64,000 nucleotides of DNA. Source: Candidatus Latescibacterota bacterium (GTDB taxonomy: Bacteria > Krumholzibacteriota > Krumholzibacteriia > WVZY01 > JAKEHA01). Below are positions 9,873 to 20,492 of this stretch, piece after piece. The stretch is from assembly GCA_963707635.1 (NCBI GenBank), contig OY970173.1:800001-864000 (forward strand). Direction: 5' to 3'. The notes under the pieces were generated by a model, which was not told where the DNA came from, did not search any database, and saw only the letters and a list, made by a program, of their open reading frames with translations. The stretch's first letter is position 1. Each line of letters begins with the position of its first letter. The translations under genes were made by a program, and so were the position numbers.

Positions 9873-11055
9873 GATCGCTCGCTCGCGCCTGATCCGGCAC
9901 GCGCGGCTCCTCGTACCCCGGGGTGGGCAGCCGCAACGCGAAGCCGGGTATGACGGTGTTGGCGAGGGTGTAAACGACGAGCCCGCCGAAAATCGCCGGC
10001 GAAACGCCGAACCTCTCGCGGAGGATCTCGGCGATGATGAGGGTGAATACCAGCGTGGGCAGTATCGAAATCCCGATCCGCATCCCGACGCGAAATGATT
10101 CTCCGAGCATGACGCGCCGATGCAGGGCGACGAGGGCCATTCGGAAGGGAACCATCGTGGCGAGGAACGCGGCGCCAAGCATCAACGCCCCCACCCCGAA
10201 ATCGTCGCGCCGCAGGTGTAGCCCCGCACTGAAGAAGTAGAAAGGGACGAAGAAAGACGTGAACATCTCGACGGCGTGCACCATTTGCTCGGAGGTAATC
10301 GCGGGCAGGCGCTCACGGAATCGCTGCGCGGTAAGCCCGACGACGAACGCCCCGACGAGGTAGTAGACGCCGAGCCTTCTGGTCGCGAGGGCGCACAGGA
10401 CGGCGGTCATCAGCAGAAACGCGAACTCGGACTTGGGCGCGTAGGGCACCACCAGCCGCGCGAACGCGCGAAAGACGACGGGCAGGCCCGCGACGAGGGC
10501 GGCGAGCACGAGGGCTGAAATGGCGAGCTCCTTCACCGTCGATGATTGGAGCGTGACGAAGAGCACGGCCAGCGCAAGCAGCTCGGTCGCGATGGCCTTT
10601 GACTTGATCCAGAAGCGCTCCCGGTCCGTGACGCCGAGCGAATTGAGCGAATCGAGGATGAACCCGGTCGAGGGGGTCACGAGCGCCAGGGCGACGAGCG
10701 TCGCGGGGCGAACTGCCAGATCGAGCACCTTACACGCGAGGAAGGCGGTGCCAAGAATGGCGACCGCCTGGACCGCCAGGTGTTGAGTCAAGATCGACAC
10801 TTCCTGGCGAAGTTCGGCACGATTCACGTCGAGGCCCGCGAACAGGAACAGCGAAACGATTCCGAGCGTCGATAGCAACTGAATGGTGTGGTCTTGCTCG
10901 AAGAGGCCGAGTCCGATCCCGGCGAGGGCGCCGAGTCCCACGCTCGTCACGGCGGCTGGCAGGCGAAAGCGCTGCAGCACGCGCGGCACGACGAAAATCA
11001 AGAACAGGAGCGCGACGTACTGAAGCTCGGGCGGCAGCTTTTCGAAATACATCAT
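9865..11055 (-). CDS. Cation:proton antiporter (CPA2-like)
   Basis: ~12 TM segments, LFLFAGL, GAFVVGL, FFVPFYFF.AG; overlaps the acr3 start. Confidence 0.8.
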   Translation of the reverse strand: MMYFEKLPPELQYVALLFLIFVVPRVLQRFRLPAAVTSVGLGALAGIGLGLFEQDHTIQLLSTLGIVSLFLFAGLDVNRAELRQEVSILTQHLAVQAVAILGTAFLACKVLDLAVRPATLVALALVTPSTGFILDSLNSLGVTDRERFWIKSKAIATELLALAVLFVTLQSSTVKELAISALVLAALVAGLPVVFRAFARLVVPYAPKSEFAFLLMTAVLCALATRRLGVYYLVGAFVVGLTAQRFRERLPAITSEQMVHAVEMFTSFFVPFYFFSAGLHLRRDDFGVGALMLGAAFLATMVPFRMALVALHRRVMLGESFRVGMRIGISILPTLVFTLIIAEILRERFGVSPAIFGGLVVYTLANTVIPGFALRLPTPGYEEPRVPDQARASDHD

Positions 11056-11305
11056 GATATACCACGGAGCACGGCTTCACAGTACCCTGTCCCGAAGTCG
11101 GAGGCAAGCGACGGGCGGGAACGGGACCCTCACAGAATGTCGGACCACCGTGGCGATGCGGCAAACGCCGCGTGAATGAGGCCAACGTGGGAATACGCCT
11201 GCGGAAAGTTGCCCCACATGCGGGGGCTCAATTCGAGCGGGTGGTCGTGAATGTGGAATCCCGCCGGACTCCGCCATGCAGCCGTTGCGCCATGCGCCGC
11301 TAACG

Positions 11306-11339
11306 AATCGCCCCGCCCGATACGTCGGGCGGGGCGATT
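11306..11339. terminator. Strong hairpin, probable terminator for the di-haem gene
   Basis: 15-bp perfect stem aatcgccccgcccga-tacg-tcgggcggggcgatt. Confidence 0.65.
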
Positions 11340-11367
11340 TCGTTCAATGATCGCCCTGGAGGGCGAA

Positions 11368-12683
11368 CTACAGTGACTCGAGGAACGCCATCAGGGCCCT
11401 GCGGTCGCGAGAACCGAGCCTCGCGAAGTTCTTGCGGGCGTTACTCCCCTGACCATCATGCGCGAGGATCGCCGTTTCGGGCGTCGTCGCACGACCGTCG
11501 TGGAGGAACGTTGGCCGCGCCATCAGACCCCAGAGGGGCGCGGTCCGCATCTCACGAGCCCGGGCAGCGCCCTGGACAATGCCATCGCCCAGCTTGCCCA
11601 TGTCGTGCAGCAGGAAGTCCGAGTACGGGTGGAAGGTCTTGTTCGACAATGCCTGTACCGGACTGAGTCCCGTCTGGTGGGTAGGCGTATGACAGTGGGC
11701 GCAACCGGCGTTCTGGAACACCCTTTCGCCGGCCGCGGTCTGGCTGTTCGTGGGGCCCCGCGGAGGTGGGCCGAGGAAGGTCATGAAGTCCGTGAACAGA
11801 TCCACCCCTTCGCCGTCGTCGTTCAGGGCCGGTGCCGGGTTGAACTTCAACGCATCCGCGTCCCCCTGAGGCAGGTTCTCGTTCGGGAACTCCGGATTCG
11901 TGATTCCCATCTCGTTCAGGTAGGCGTCGCCGGAGAACTGGAACAACGTGGGGACCTGCGCTTTCCATCCGAAACGGCCGACGCGCATCGCGCCGGTGCG
12001 AATCTCCTTCACCATGTGGACCCTGCCCCGCGTGTCGCGGGGCTGGCGATTGGCCAGCGCCGTCAGCGCCTCGTCGGGGATGGCGTCCACCAATCCAAGA
12101 CCGAAGAGCGACGTGGTGTTTCGGAGAGCGGTCTGGTTCGCTCGTCGCGGCACGATCTCGGGTACGAACGTGAAGAACCCGGAGGATCGCCGGCCGGATC
12201 TCGATCGGTGCGGACCTTGCCGATCGCCTGATCCTGCATGAGCGAGCCGCCGAACCGGTCGAGGGGATCGAACTTCCCCTGCTCCCACTTGCCGAACCGG
12301 GTCTCGAGCCGCCCGTTGGTACCGCCGATGGGGGCATCGTGGCAATCGACGCACCCGGCCTCGTTGAATACCGGACCCAGCCCGTCCTCGACGGTCTCGA
12401 TCTCCTGGAAGTCCTCTCGGCCTGCCTCGAAACGCGCGAGCTCTTCCGGAGTCAGCCCCGCGATCGGCCCTCCCAGAGTCGTGGCCATCGCGGGACCGCC
12501 GGGGTCAGTGGAGTTGGACAACAGATCCGTCTCGCGCGTCGGCGGCGTCAGCGGCGCGGTGCTGTCCCGCTCACACCCGGCGAGTGCGATCATCGCCAGC
12601 AGGGCAAGCGCGCCGCGGGCGGTCAGGCGCGTGGACGGTGAACAGAGCACACCCTGTCTTCTGAACTGCGTTGGTGGATACAC
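11368..12683 (-). CDS. Di-haem oxidoreductase (DHOR-like) lipoprotein (frameshift near 12190)
   Basis: Lipobox LAGC; GLGPVFN..CVDCH; GRFGWKA; CAHCH; YSDFLLHDMG; RTAPLWG; LHDGRA. Confidence 0.85.
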
Positions 12684-12703
12684 CGGGGCACCTCCTTGGT
12701 GCG

Positions 12704-12828
12704 GAAGAAATGCACAAAGTTCGCCCGGGCGGCTTGACTCAAAGACGCGAAGTTCGCCCGGTGGGGGCCAAAGAAATCAACGAAGAGCGCCCGGAGGGAG
12801 CTTGAAGAAATCCACGAAGTTCGCCCCG
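12704..12828. repeat. Four ~25-bp direct repeats with 33-34 bp period
   Basis: Consensus aagaaatc.acgAAGTTCGCCCGG; cores at 12717, 12750, 12783, 12817. Confidence 0.75.
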
Positions 12829-13017
12829 GGAAGGGGTCTACCGGAAAGGGGCCTAGAGGTTGCCACAGTGGTTGTCACGCGTCAAGTAGAATGTCGTCAC
12901 CGTGCAAGCAGATCTGGCGCCAGGATGCGTTGTGATGCAGCGAGCGTCTGACGGAGCGTCACATCGCGGAAGCAGTGGGTATCGGGGGCGTGAAACAAGG
13001 TTGTCGTCACGACGGAT

Positions 13018-14688
13018 CTACCGCACGAGCAGGAGCTTCCTCGAGCGCTCGAGCGTCTGGCCCCCCAGTCCCACGGCGCGCAAGCGGCAGAAATAGAGCC
13101 CGGATGGCGCTGGAGTTCCGGCGTCGTCGAAGCCGTTCCAAACCGCGTTGTGCACTCCGGCCCCCTCATCCCGGCGCACCAGCGTGCGCACCCGATGCCC
13201 GGCGACATCGTAGACATCGATCTCCACGCTCGCCGCTTGAGGGAGACTGTACGAGAGCTGTGTGTTGGCCGCGAACGGATTCGGCGCGTTCTGTGCGAGC
13301 GCATGATCGACCACTGGGGTCGGCTCGGTGACGGCGGTCGGTGCGCTCCATGGAATGCAGAATCGCGCGACCGCGCCGTTCGGGGACGGGACCATCAGAC
13401 GATCGACGCTGGTCGCACCGGCGCTGCTCAGGTCAACGCTCGGATCCCACGCCGCGGCGGTCCCGACGGGTGCCGGCGACTCAGGCGTCCCACCGGCGAT
13501 GTCAATCTGCTGGACATACCCATCATCCCGTCCGACGTAGGCCTTGTTGAGTCCAGGCGCCACCGCGGGTGGGGTGACGAACGAGTTCCCACCCCCGGCG
13601 TTGACCGGCGGCCAGAGTGGAACGCCTGCAGTGCTGCCGTCCTGCACGCCGTGGAGTACTCCGGACGTGTCTACAAAGAACACCCGAGTGGGCAAGGGGG
13701 ATCGAAACTCGACCCACGGGCTGCGCAGGAGTGGCGCGCTGCTCGCGTAGGTCCATAGGAGCACTCCATTCCCAAAGCCGTCGCCATCTGGAGCCCACTT
13801 CTGGAGCGTACCGTCGATCGAGGCTGCGTACAACTCACCCGCACCGAACTGCGGCCGGCTCAGAATGGAGCCCGCATTGGCCGCCCACGCTGGCGCGCCG
13901 TTCAGGCTGCCAATCGCCCACAGGGTGGGCAGGCCAGGCGCGACCTGATCTTGATTCGTTCCGCAGTACAGACGATTGGAAGCGTAGTCGATGGCGCAGC
14001 TTTCGCTGCCGTAGTCCATCGAATAGCTGCCGGTATTATTGAATGTCCACTTGAGCGAGAGGTCGGACGCGTAGTAGGCCCGGATCCGATTCTTGGTGGA
14101 GCCCAAGTAGCAGCCGTCTGAGGGCACAGCCGAGTTGCCATTGTGCGTCATGACGAACACGAGATCATCCGGATGGCCGCGCAGCGTCATGATCGTGCTT
14201 TGGAACGTGGAGTTCGACGCCGCGTAGAGCTGCACCGCTGGCGTCGCGGTGATACGATCCGCCGTGCAGACGGCACGTCTGGTGTCCACACTCTTCGCCG
14301 TCAGGCCGGTTGCGACGTCTATTTTGTAGAGGAAGCCGTCGCTCCCTCCGACGAACAGGTACTCGAGGCCGTTGCTGAGCAAGACCGGCGAAGGAAAGTT
14401 CTCGATGGTGGTACCTGCCGACCACGTCCAGGCGACAGCTCCGCCGGTATGGACGGGCGGACCAGCGCCGGTCTCGTTCCACACCGCGTAGACCGTGGGG
14501 CCGTAGGCAAAGAAACTGAGCCCGGCGCCGAAGGGCGTGTCGGAGGCGACCTGCGTGATGGTGCTCGGAAGCTGCTCCGGAAGCTGCCATAGCGGAGCGG
14601 GCGGGCATGTTTGCGCGGCCGAGATTCCGGATGACGCTACGCCGGCAGCGATGGTGACCCAGACGAGGCGCGCACACGTTCGTCTCAT
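13018..14688 (-). CDS. Secreted PQQ-like beta-propeller protein with C-terminal FlgD-Ig/T9SS-like domain
   Basis: GGAGG RBS; signal peptide; W-repeat blades; LAQNAPNPF...VYDVAGHRVRTL...WNG.D..G...PSGLYF. Confidence 0.8.
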   Translation of the reverse strand: MRRTCARLVWVTIAAGVASSGISAAQTCPPAPLWQLPEQLPSTITQVASDTPFGAGLSFFAYGPTVYAVWNETGAGPPVHTGGAVAWTWSAGTTIENFPSPVLLSNGLEYLFVGGSDGFLYKIDVATGLTAKSVDTRRAVCTADRITATPAVQLYAASNSTFQSTIMTLRGHPDDLVFVMTHNGNSAVPSDGCYLGSTKNRIRAYYASDLSLKWTFNNTGSYSMDYGSESCAIDYASNRLYCGTNQDQVAPGLPTLWAIGSLNGAPAWAANAGSILSRPQFGAGELYAASIDGTLQKWAPDGDGFGNGVLLWTYASSAPLLRSPWVEFRSPLPTRVFFVDTSGVLHGVQDGSTAGVPLWPPVNAGGGNSFVTPPAVAPGLNKAYVGRDDGYVQQIDIAGGTPESPAPVGTAAAWDPSVDLSSAGATSVDRLMVPSPNGAVARFCIPWSAPTAVTEPTPVVDHALAQNAPNPFAANTQLSYSLPQAASVEIDVYDVAGHRVRTLVRRDEGAGVHNAVWNGFDDAGTPAPSGLYFCRLRAVGLGGQTLERSRKLLLVR

Positions 14689-14759
14689 TGCCGTCCTCCA
14701 AGGGGATATTGTCACGCTGATGGTAACCATCCGTCGAGAACGACTCAACAACAATTCTG

Positions 14760-14831
14760 ACAACGACGATGATCTACACCCACGTTCTGAACAAGGGCCG
14801 GCTTGGAGTGAAGAGCCCGCTGGACCGGTGA
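14760..14831 (+). pseudogene. intI: Second integron integrase C-terminal fragment
   Basis: [27 protein letters not shown]; diverged paralogue of the 3' end of 6284-6427. Confidence 0.85.
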
Positions 14832-14992
14832 CAACGAATGCGTCGCAGCGCATATCTTGTTAGGCTACGAGTTGCGCTGTACTATTTGCAGGCCGCGAGC
14901 CGAAGGGAAGGCAAGGTCTGGCGTTATGATTGAGCCTATGTGGTTGGACTGCGGACGGGCAGCGTACAGGATCAATAGCAGACTAGTTGGGG
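14832..14992 (+). mobile_element. Pc-like promoter plus attI-like site, copy C
   Basis: TTGTTA(14857)-17 bp-TACTAT(14880); ends gactaGTTGGGG(14986). Confidence 0.7.
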
Positions 14993-15001
14993 GAGGACAT
15001 T

Positions 15002-15451
15002 ATGATTGAAGCGCAGAGAACGACGACTCCGGGGAGACCGTGGCATTTGTGGTTGATCGGGATTGTCGGAGGCCTGTGGAGTTCGATCGGTGTGCTGTCC
15101 TTCATGCTCACTCAGATGAACGTCGAAGCTGTCATGAGCCGGTTTCCTCCGCAGCAGCGCGAGTACTTCGAATCGTTTCCGCTGTGGGCCGTCGCGTTCT
15201 GGGCGATCGGCGTGTTCGGTGGCGTGTTCGGGTGCCTTCTGTTGCTTCTGAAGAACCGCCTCGCGTATCATGTCTTGCTCGCCTCAGTGATCGGAGCGAT
15301 CGTTTACAATCTCGGCGGCTTGTTTCTTCTTGGCGGGATGAAGGTGATGCGCGAAACGGGTGGGTTGGGTCTCACCGTACTCCCCATTATCTTTGCCGCA
15401 TTCCTGGCGTATTACGCTCGTGCGATGAGCAAGAAGGGTGTGCCCAGCTAG
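15002..15451 (+). CDS. 4-TM membrane protein
   Basis: GGAGG RBS; PWHLW..G..GLW..G; P.WA...WAI.VFGG..G. Confidence 0.8.
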   Translation: MIEAQRTTTPGRPWHLWLIGIVGGLWSSIGVLSFMLTQMNVEAVMSRFPPQQREYFESFPLWAVAFWAIGVFGGVFGCLLLLLKNRLAYHVLLASVIGAIVYNLGGLFLLGGMKVMRETGGLGLTVLPIIFAAFLAYYARAMSKKGVPS

Positions 15452-15515
15452 CCTCGCTACGACGACAGAACGCATCTTGGTTCACTACACGCCTACGAAA
15501 ATGAAGAGTATGAAA

Positions 15516-15986
15516 ATGCACAAACCAGTCTTTACCGAAACGATGCAGATCGGGATCGTGGTGCGCGACCTCGATGCGACGATGCGAAGATACGTTGATA
15601 ACTACGGGATCGGTCCGTGGCAGGTCCATCAGTTCAAGCGTGAAGACGTCAAAGAGTGGTTTGAGCATGGCCAGCCGCTTGAGCCCTCGACGCGCATCGC
15701 TACCGCTATGGTTGGCCACATGCAATGGGAGCTGATCCAGCCGCTCGACGATAAGAGCATCTTTGCGCGGTTCCTTGCTGAGAAGGGAGAAGGCGTGCAT
15801 CATATCGCCGTCGCTACGATGAACTTCGACGAGACGCTCGAGGCGGAGGCGAAGCGAGGGAACGATTTGGTCCTTAGCTGCGAGTTGAGCGGCAAGTTCA
15901 GCGGCATAAAGGTCGCTTACCTCGGCACCCAGAGCGATCTTGGAGTGATCCTCGAGATCTTCAACGATCTGCCCAAAGGCAAATAG
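15516..15986 (+). CDS. VOC family (methylmalonyl-CoA epimerase-like) protein; start uncertain
   Basis: QIGIVVRDLD, GIGPW, ELIQP, FL.EKGEGVHHIA. Confidence 0.85.
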   Translation: MHKPVFTETMQIGIVVRDLDATMRRYVDNYGIGPWQVHQFKREDVKEWFEHGQPLEPSTRIATAMVGHMQWELIQPLDDKSIFARFLAEKGEGVHHIAVATMNFDETLEAEAKRGNDLVLSCELSGKFSGIKVAYLGTQSDLGVILEIFNDLPKGK

Positions 15987-16077
15987 AAGCTTGCCGCGAG
16001 CTGTTCAGCGGACGTCGTCTAATTCGCGTGCGTCAGCCTGGCGAGGAGTTGTGGCTGCCGGCGCGTTGCGGGTACGC

Positions 16078-16864
16078 ATGGATGCACGATCATCATTGAG
16101 AACCGAAAGATACGGACCCCTCGAGGACCAGGTGGGAGATCTGTATCTTCCGGCGAATCCGTGGCCACAAGTGGTCTGCCTTCTGCACGGAGGATTCTGG
16201 CGAATGCCACATGGCCGGGACCAGATGACATCCATCGCTCAGGACCTTGCATGTCGTGGTTTTGCAGTCTGGAATCTGGAGTACCGTCGCCTGGGAGCAT
16301 CCGCTGGCGGATGGCCGGGCACCTTCGACGATGCGATCGCGGGCATCGAGCATCTCGCCAGTCTTGTCTCTGCCGGAATTGACCTCGACCTCGATCGCAT
16401 CGCCATCGTTGGCCATTCCGCTGGAGGACAACTGGCATTGTGGTCGGCGGCGCGCAAACGAGGTGCCCGGAAGGGCGGGACAGCGGAACGAATTCGAGAT
16501 CAGGGCAGCAGTCGGTCTGGCTCCGGTGGCTGACCTCGTTCGTGCCTACGAGTTGAATCTCGGTGGAGGCGCCGTCGCGGAACTTCTGGGCGGAACACCG
16601 ACCGACCAGGCTGTGCGCTACCAGGCAGCCTCCCCTCGCGCGATGCTGCCGTTGGACGTATTGCAACTCGTCATCCATGGCACCGCCGACGATATCGTTC
16701 CTGTCGAGATCGCCCGCAGCTACACACAAGCAGCCCGAAGTGCTGGTGACAGGGTCGAGTTGGTGGAGTTGTCCGACACAGGTCACATGGATTATCTCGA
16801 CCCGTCCAGCGCAGCCCATGCAGCTCTTTGCGACTGGCTTGCCCGGAACTCGAGCGGGCGTTAG
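16078..16864 (+). CDS. Alpha/beta hydrolase (frameshift near 16495)
   Basis: HGGFW, GHSAGG, then HGTADDIVP and GHMD in the next frame. Confidence 0.85.
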
Positions 16865-16882
16865 ACCGCAGACGAAATAACA

Positions 16883-17617
16883 ATGACCGACTGGTTCCAG
16901 ACCTTGGTCGCCACGACCGCTCTCCCGATGGGTGCCGCAACAGACCTGGAAAAGAGGGGCTTCGTCGTACTCCCCGAGGCGGTGCCGTCGATCCGGTTGG
17001 ACCGCCTTTCCAACGCATATGACGCCGCGGTGGAGTCCGCGCGGGGGGACGACATCAGGGTTGGCACCACGTCCACGCGGGTGACCGATTTCGTCAACCG
17101 CGGTCCGGAGTTTGACGAAGTCTACCTGTATCCGCCGCTGCTTCAGGCCTGCTGCAACGTCATAGGCGCTCCCTTCAAACTGAGTTCGTTGCAGGCGAGG
17201 ACACTCCACGCGGGCGCGCCCGGCCAAGGGTTGCACGTAGATGTGGATCGCCTGTCCGCCGACTGGCCGCTTCTGGGTTTCATCTTGATGGTCGACGAAT
17301 TCCGGCCGGACAACGGGGCGACCCGCTTCGTGCCGGGGTCGCACAGGCGGGCCGATATTCTGGCCGGGGGTATTCCGGAGACCGCGCTCGTCGATGCCGA
17401 GCAGGTTCCGGCGTGCGGCGCCGCGGGCTCACTGCTCGTCTTCAACGGGTCTACGTGGCATGGGCACGGTACGAATATCTCGAGCGCGCCACGGCGGTCG
17501 CTCCAAGGCGCCTACATTCCCCGGGGTGGCCGCGCGGGAACCGCTTTCGGGTCTCGCATGCAACCGGCAACACGCGCCCGCCTCATCCCGCTGGCGCAGT
17601 ACTTACTCGCGCTCTGA
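16883..17617 (+). CDS. Phytanoyl-CoA dioxygenase (PhyH) family protein
   Basis: QGLHVD, NGATRFVPGSH, WHG.G.N.S..PRR. Confidence 0.9.
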   Translation: MTDWFQTLVATTALPMGAATDLEKRGFVVLPEAVPSIRLDRLSNAYDAAVESARGDDIRVGTTSTRVTDFVNRGPEFDEVYLYPPLLQACCNVIGAPFKLSSLQARTLHAGAPGQGLHVDVDRLSADWPLLGFILMVDEFRPDNGATRFVPGSHRRADILAGGIPETALVDAEQVPACGAAGSLLVFNGSTWHGHGTNISSAPRRSLQGAYIPRGGRAGTAFGSRMQPATRARLIPLAQYLLAL

Positions 17618-17665
17618 CATCCGGGGCTGCAGGGCCACAGGAGGCTCATGCCAGGCGGACGATGG

Positions 17666-17731
17666 TCTTGTTGGGCTGCGGGTGGCGCAGTACAATCTGC
17701 AGTCTGCGGGCGGCCCGGTCCGTCGTTAGGC
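17666..17731 (+). mobile_element. Internally shortened Pc/attI-like element, copy D
   Basis: tcTTGTTG-17 bp-TACAATctgcagtctgcg matches 6451-6493; followed by GTTAGGC at 17725. Confidence 0.6.
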
Positions 17732-17779
17732 TGCAGCGTTTGAGCGCAATCCGCCAGGTTGCAGACAACAAGGAGACGC

Positions 17780-18181
17780 ATGCCACTACTCGTCGGAGCA
17801 TTACTGGCACTTGCAGTCGGGTTGTTCGCCTCGGGCGTCGGCCTGGACCGGGAACGGGGCTTCTATCCGACAGTCACCATCGTCATCGCGTTGTACTATG
17901 CTTTGTTTGCGGTCATGGGCGCATCCACTCAGACGCTTGTACTCGAGTCCCTGGTCGCCACTGCATTCCTTTCAGCCGCGGCGCTGGGCTTCAGATCGTC
18001 ACTTTGGCTGGTTGTGGGAGCACTTGCGGCGCATGGCATTTTCGATCTCATCCATGGTCGAGTCATCAGCAATCCGGGAGTTCCAGTTTGGTGGCCCCAT
18101 TTCTGCCTCACGTACGACGTTGCGGCAGCTGGGTATCTCGCGTGGTTGCTCAAGCGCGGACGCCTTCGTTCGGCAACCTGA
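17780..18181 (+). CDS. Small membrane protein
   Basis: AAGGAG RBS; hydrophobic; HG.FD..H...NPGVP.WWP.FC..YD. Confidence 0.8.
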   Translation: MPLLVGALLALAVGLFASGVGLDRERGFYPTVTIVIALYYALFAVMGASTQTLVLESLVATAFLSAAALGFRSSLWLVVGALAAHGIFDLIHGRVISNPGVPVWWPHFCLTYDVAAAGYLAWLLKRGRLRSAT

Positions 18182-18217
18182 CTTGCGTTTGAACGTCAGA
18201 GAACGGAGCACATTGCC

Positions 18218-19195
<978 letters not shown>

Positions 19196-19223
19196 CCGCG
19201 CCACGGGGCGGGGAGGTAGAAAC

Positions 19224-19622
19224 ATGAAGAACGTTGCGAACTCCCGATTCACCATCAAGAGCTGGGATGAGAAGCCTTATAGTGAGGGCCAGGACCTGCC
19301 AAAGCTGACTCGGGCCGCCGTCATCAAGACGTTCACCGGCGATATCGCGGGTGAGGGGCATGTCGAATACTTGATGATGTACCGCAGCGACGGCTCGGCC
19401 GCCTTTGTCGGCCTCGAGCGGGTTGTCGGGCAGCTAGCAGGGAAAGCCGGCAGCTTCATACTCCAGCGCACTGGAGTATTCGAGAACGGCTTGGCGAAGG
19501 AGTCCTTTTCCGTCATCCCTGGCTCCGGCACGGAAGAGCTTCGAGACTTGCGCGGCGAGGGCACATCGGCTGTCGGGCACGGGGCCGAGCACCCGCTAAC
19601 GCTGAACTACGAGTTGGACTAG
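19224..19622 (+). CDS. DUF3224 family protein
   Basis: F.I.SWDE, GLER..G.L.GK.GSF.LQ, V.PGSGT.EL..L.G. Confidence 0.85.
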   Translation: MKNVANSRFTIKSWDEKPYSEGQDLPKLTRAAVIKTFTGDIAGEGHVEYLMMYRSDGSAAFVGLERVVGQLAGKAGSFILQRTGVFENGLAKESFSVIPGSGTEELRDLRGEGTSAVGHGAEHPLTLNYELD

Positions 19623-19675
19623 CCCGCACATCGGATTCATGGCGCTCGTTGCAGTGAGCAGGCGTTTGATGGCCA

Positions 19676-20188
19676 ATGAATCAACTGCGTGAAAGTCTCC
19701 TTCAGGCCTGGGCCACCAACAACCGCACGACGGTCTTCCTGGTCGAGAACCTGCCTCCGGGCCTGTGGACGGCTGCTGTCCCCGGCGCACCCCGGCGCAC
19801 GGTCCGCATGATCGCGGGGCACATTCACAACGCGCGCTGCATGTGGATCCGGACATTGGGGCGGCAGCACGGCATCTCTGTGCCAGCGGTCGTCGATCGA
19901 CGCCGGGTGAACCGTACGCAACTGATCGCGGCCTTGAAGCGCAGTGACCGCGGGATCGCGGCTCTGCTCGACCTCGGGTGCGAACGGAACGGGCGGATCC
20001 CGCCCACAGCGGCGTACGCCTGGCGCAATCTCCCGCTCGACGTGGGGCACGTGCTGGCGTACTTCGTGGCTCACGAAGGCCATCACCGGGGCCAGATTGT
20101 GATGTTGGCAAGGCTGCTGGGCCATCGGCTCCCGACGCCCGTCACGAATGGCCTGTGGCAATGGACGAAGCGGAGCGCCGAGACGTGA
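19676..20188 (+). CDS. DinB family protein
   Basis: HIHNAR; YFVAHEGHHRGQI. Confidence 0.85.
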   Translation: MNQLRESLLQAWATNNRTTVFLVENLPPGLWTAAVPGAPRRTVRMIAGHIHNARCMWIRTLGRQHGISVPAVVDRRRVNRTQLIAALKRSDRGIAALLDLGCERNGRIPPTAAYAWRNLPLDVGHVLAYFVAHEGHHRGQIVMLARLLGHRLPTPVTNGLWQWTKRSAET

Positions 20189-20213
20189 GAAGTCGCGGAC
20201 GAATCCATCGGGC

Positions 20214-20492
20214 ATGTTGAAGTACCCGAGCGCGTTCCTTCCCGTGGCAATGTCCTTCGGTGCCCTTGCGACCGTGCTGATTTTCCTGGCCGCGCATGGG
20301 GCGGCGCCACAGGCGGATGAGGGTGCAGCTGCTCACATCTGGCAGATCCTGATGGCTGCGCAGGCGCCCATCGTGTTGTACTTCGCGATCAAGTGGGTGC
20401 CGAAGTCACCACGGCAGGCTGTGCTCATCCTGGCACTGCAGGTCGGCGCGGCGCTGGCAGCGATGGCGCCCGTTTTCCTGCTCCACTGGTAG
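20214..20492 (+). CDS. Small 3-TM membrane protein
   Basis: PSAFLP.AMS; DEG.AAHIWQ.LM. Confidence 0.65.
   Translation: MLKYPSAFLPVAMSFGALATVLIFLAAHGAAPQADEGAAAHIWQILMAAQAPIVLYFAIKWVPKSPRQAVLILALQVGAALAAMAPVFLLHW

Noticed and set aside
12704..12828. Mini CRISPR array
   Set aside because: The period is 33 bp with ~8-bp linkers, the repeats are degenerate and no cas genes are in the window
14689..14853. N-terminal extension of the 611-aa ORF
   Set aside because: It overlaps the intI remnant on the other strand; the RBS and signal peptide indicate a start at 14688
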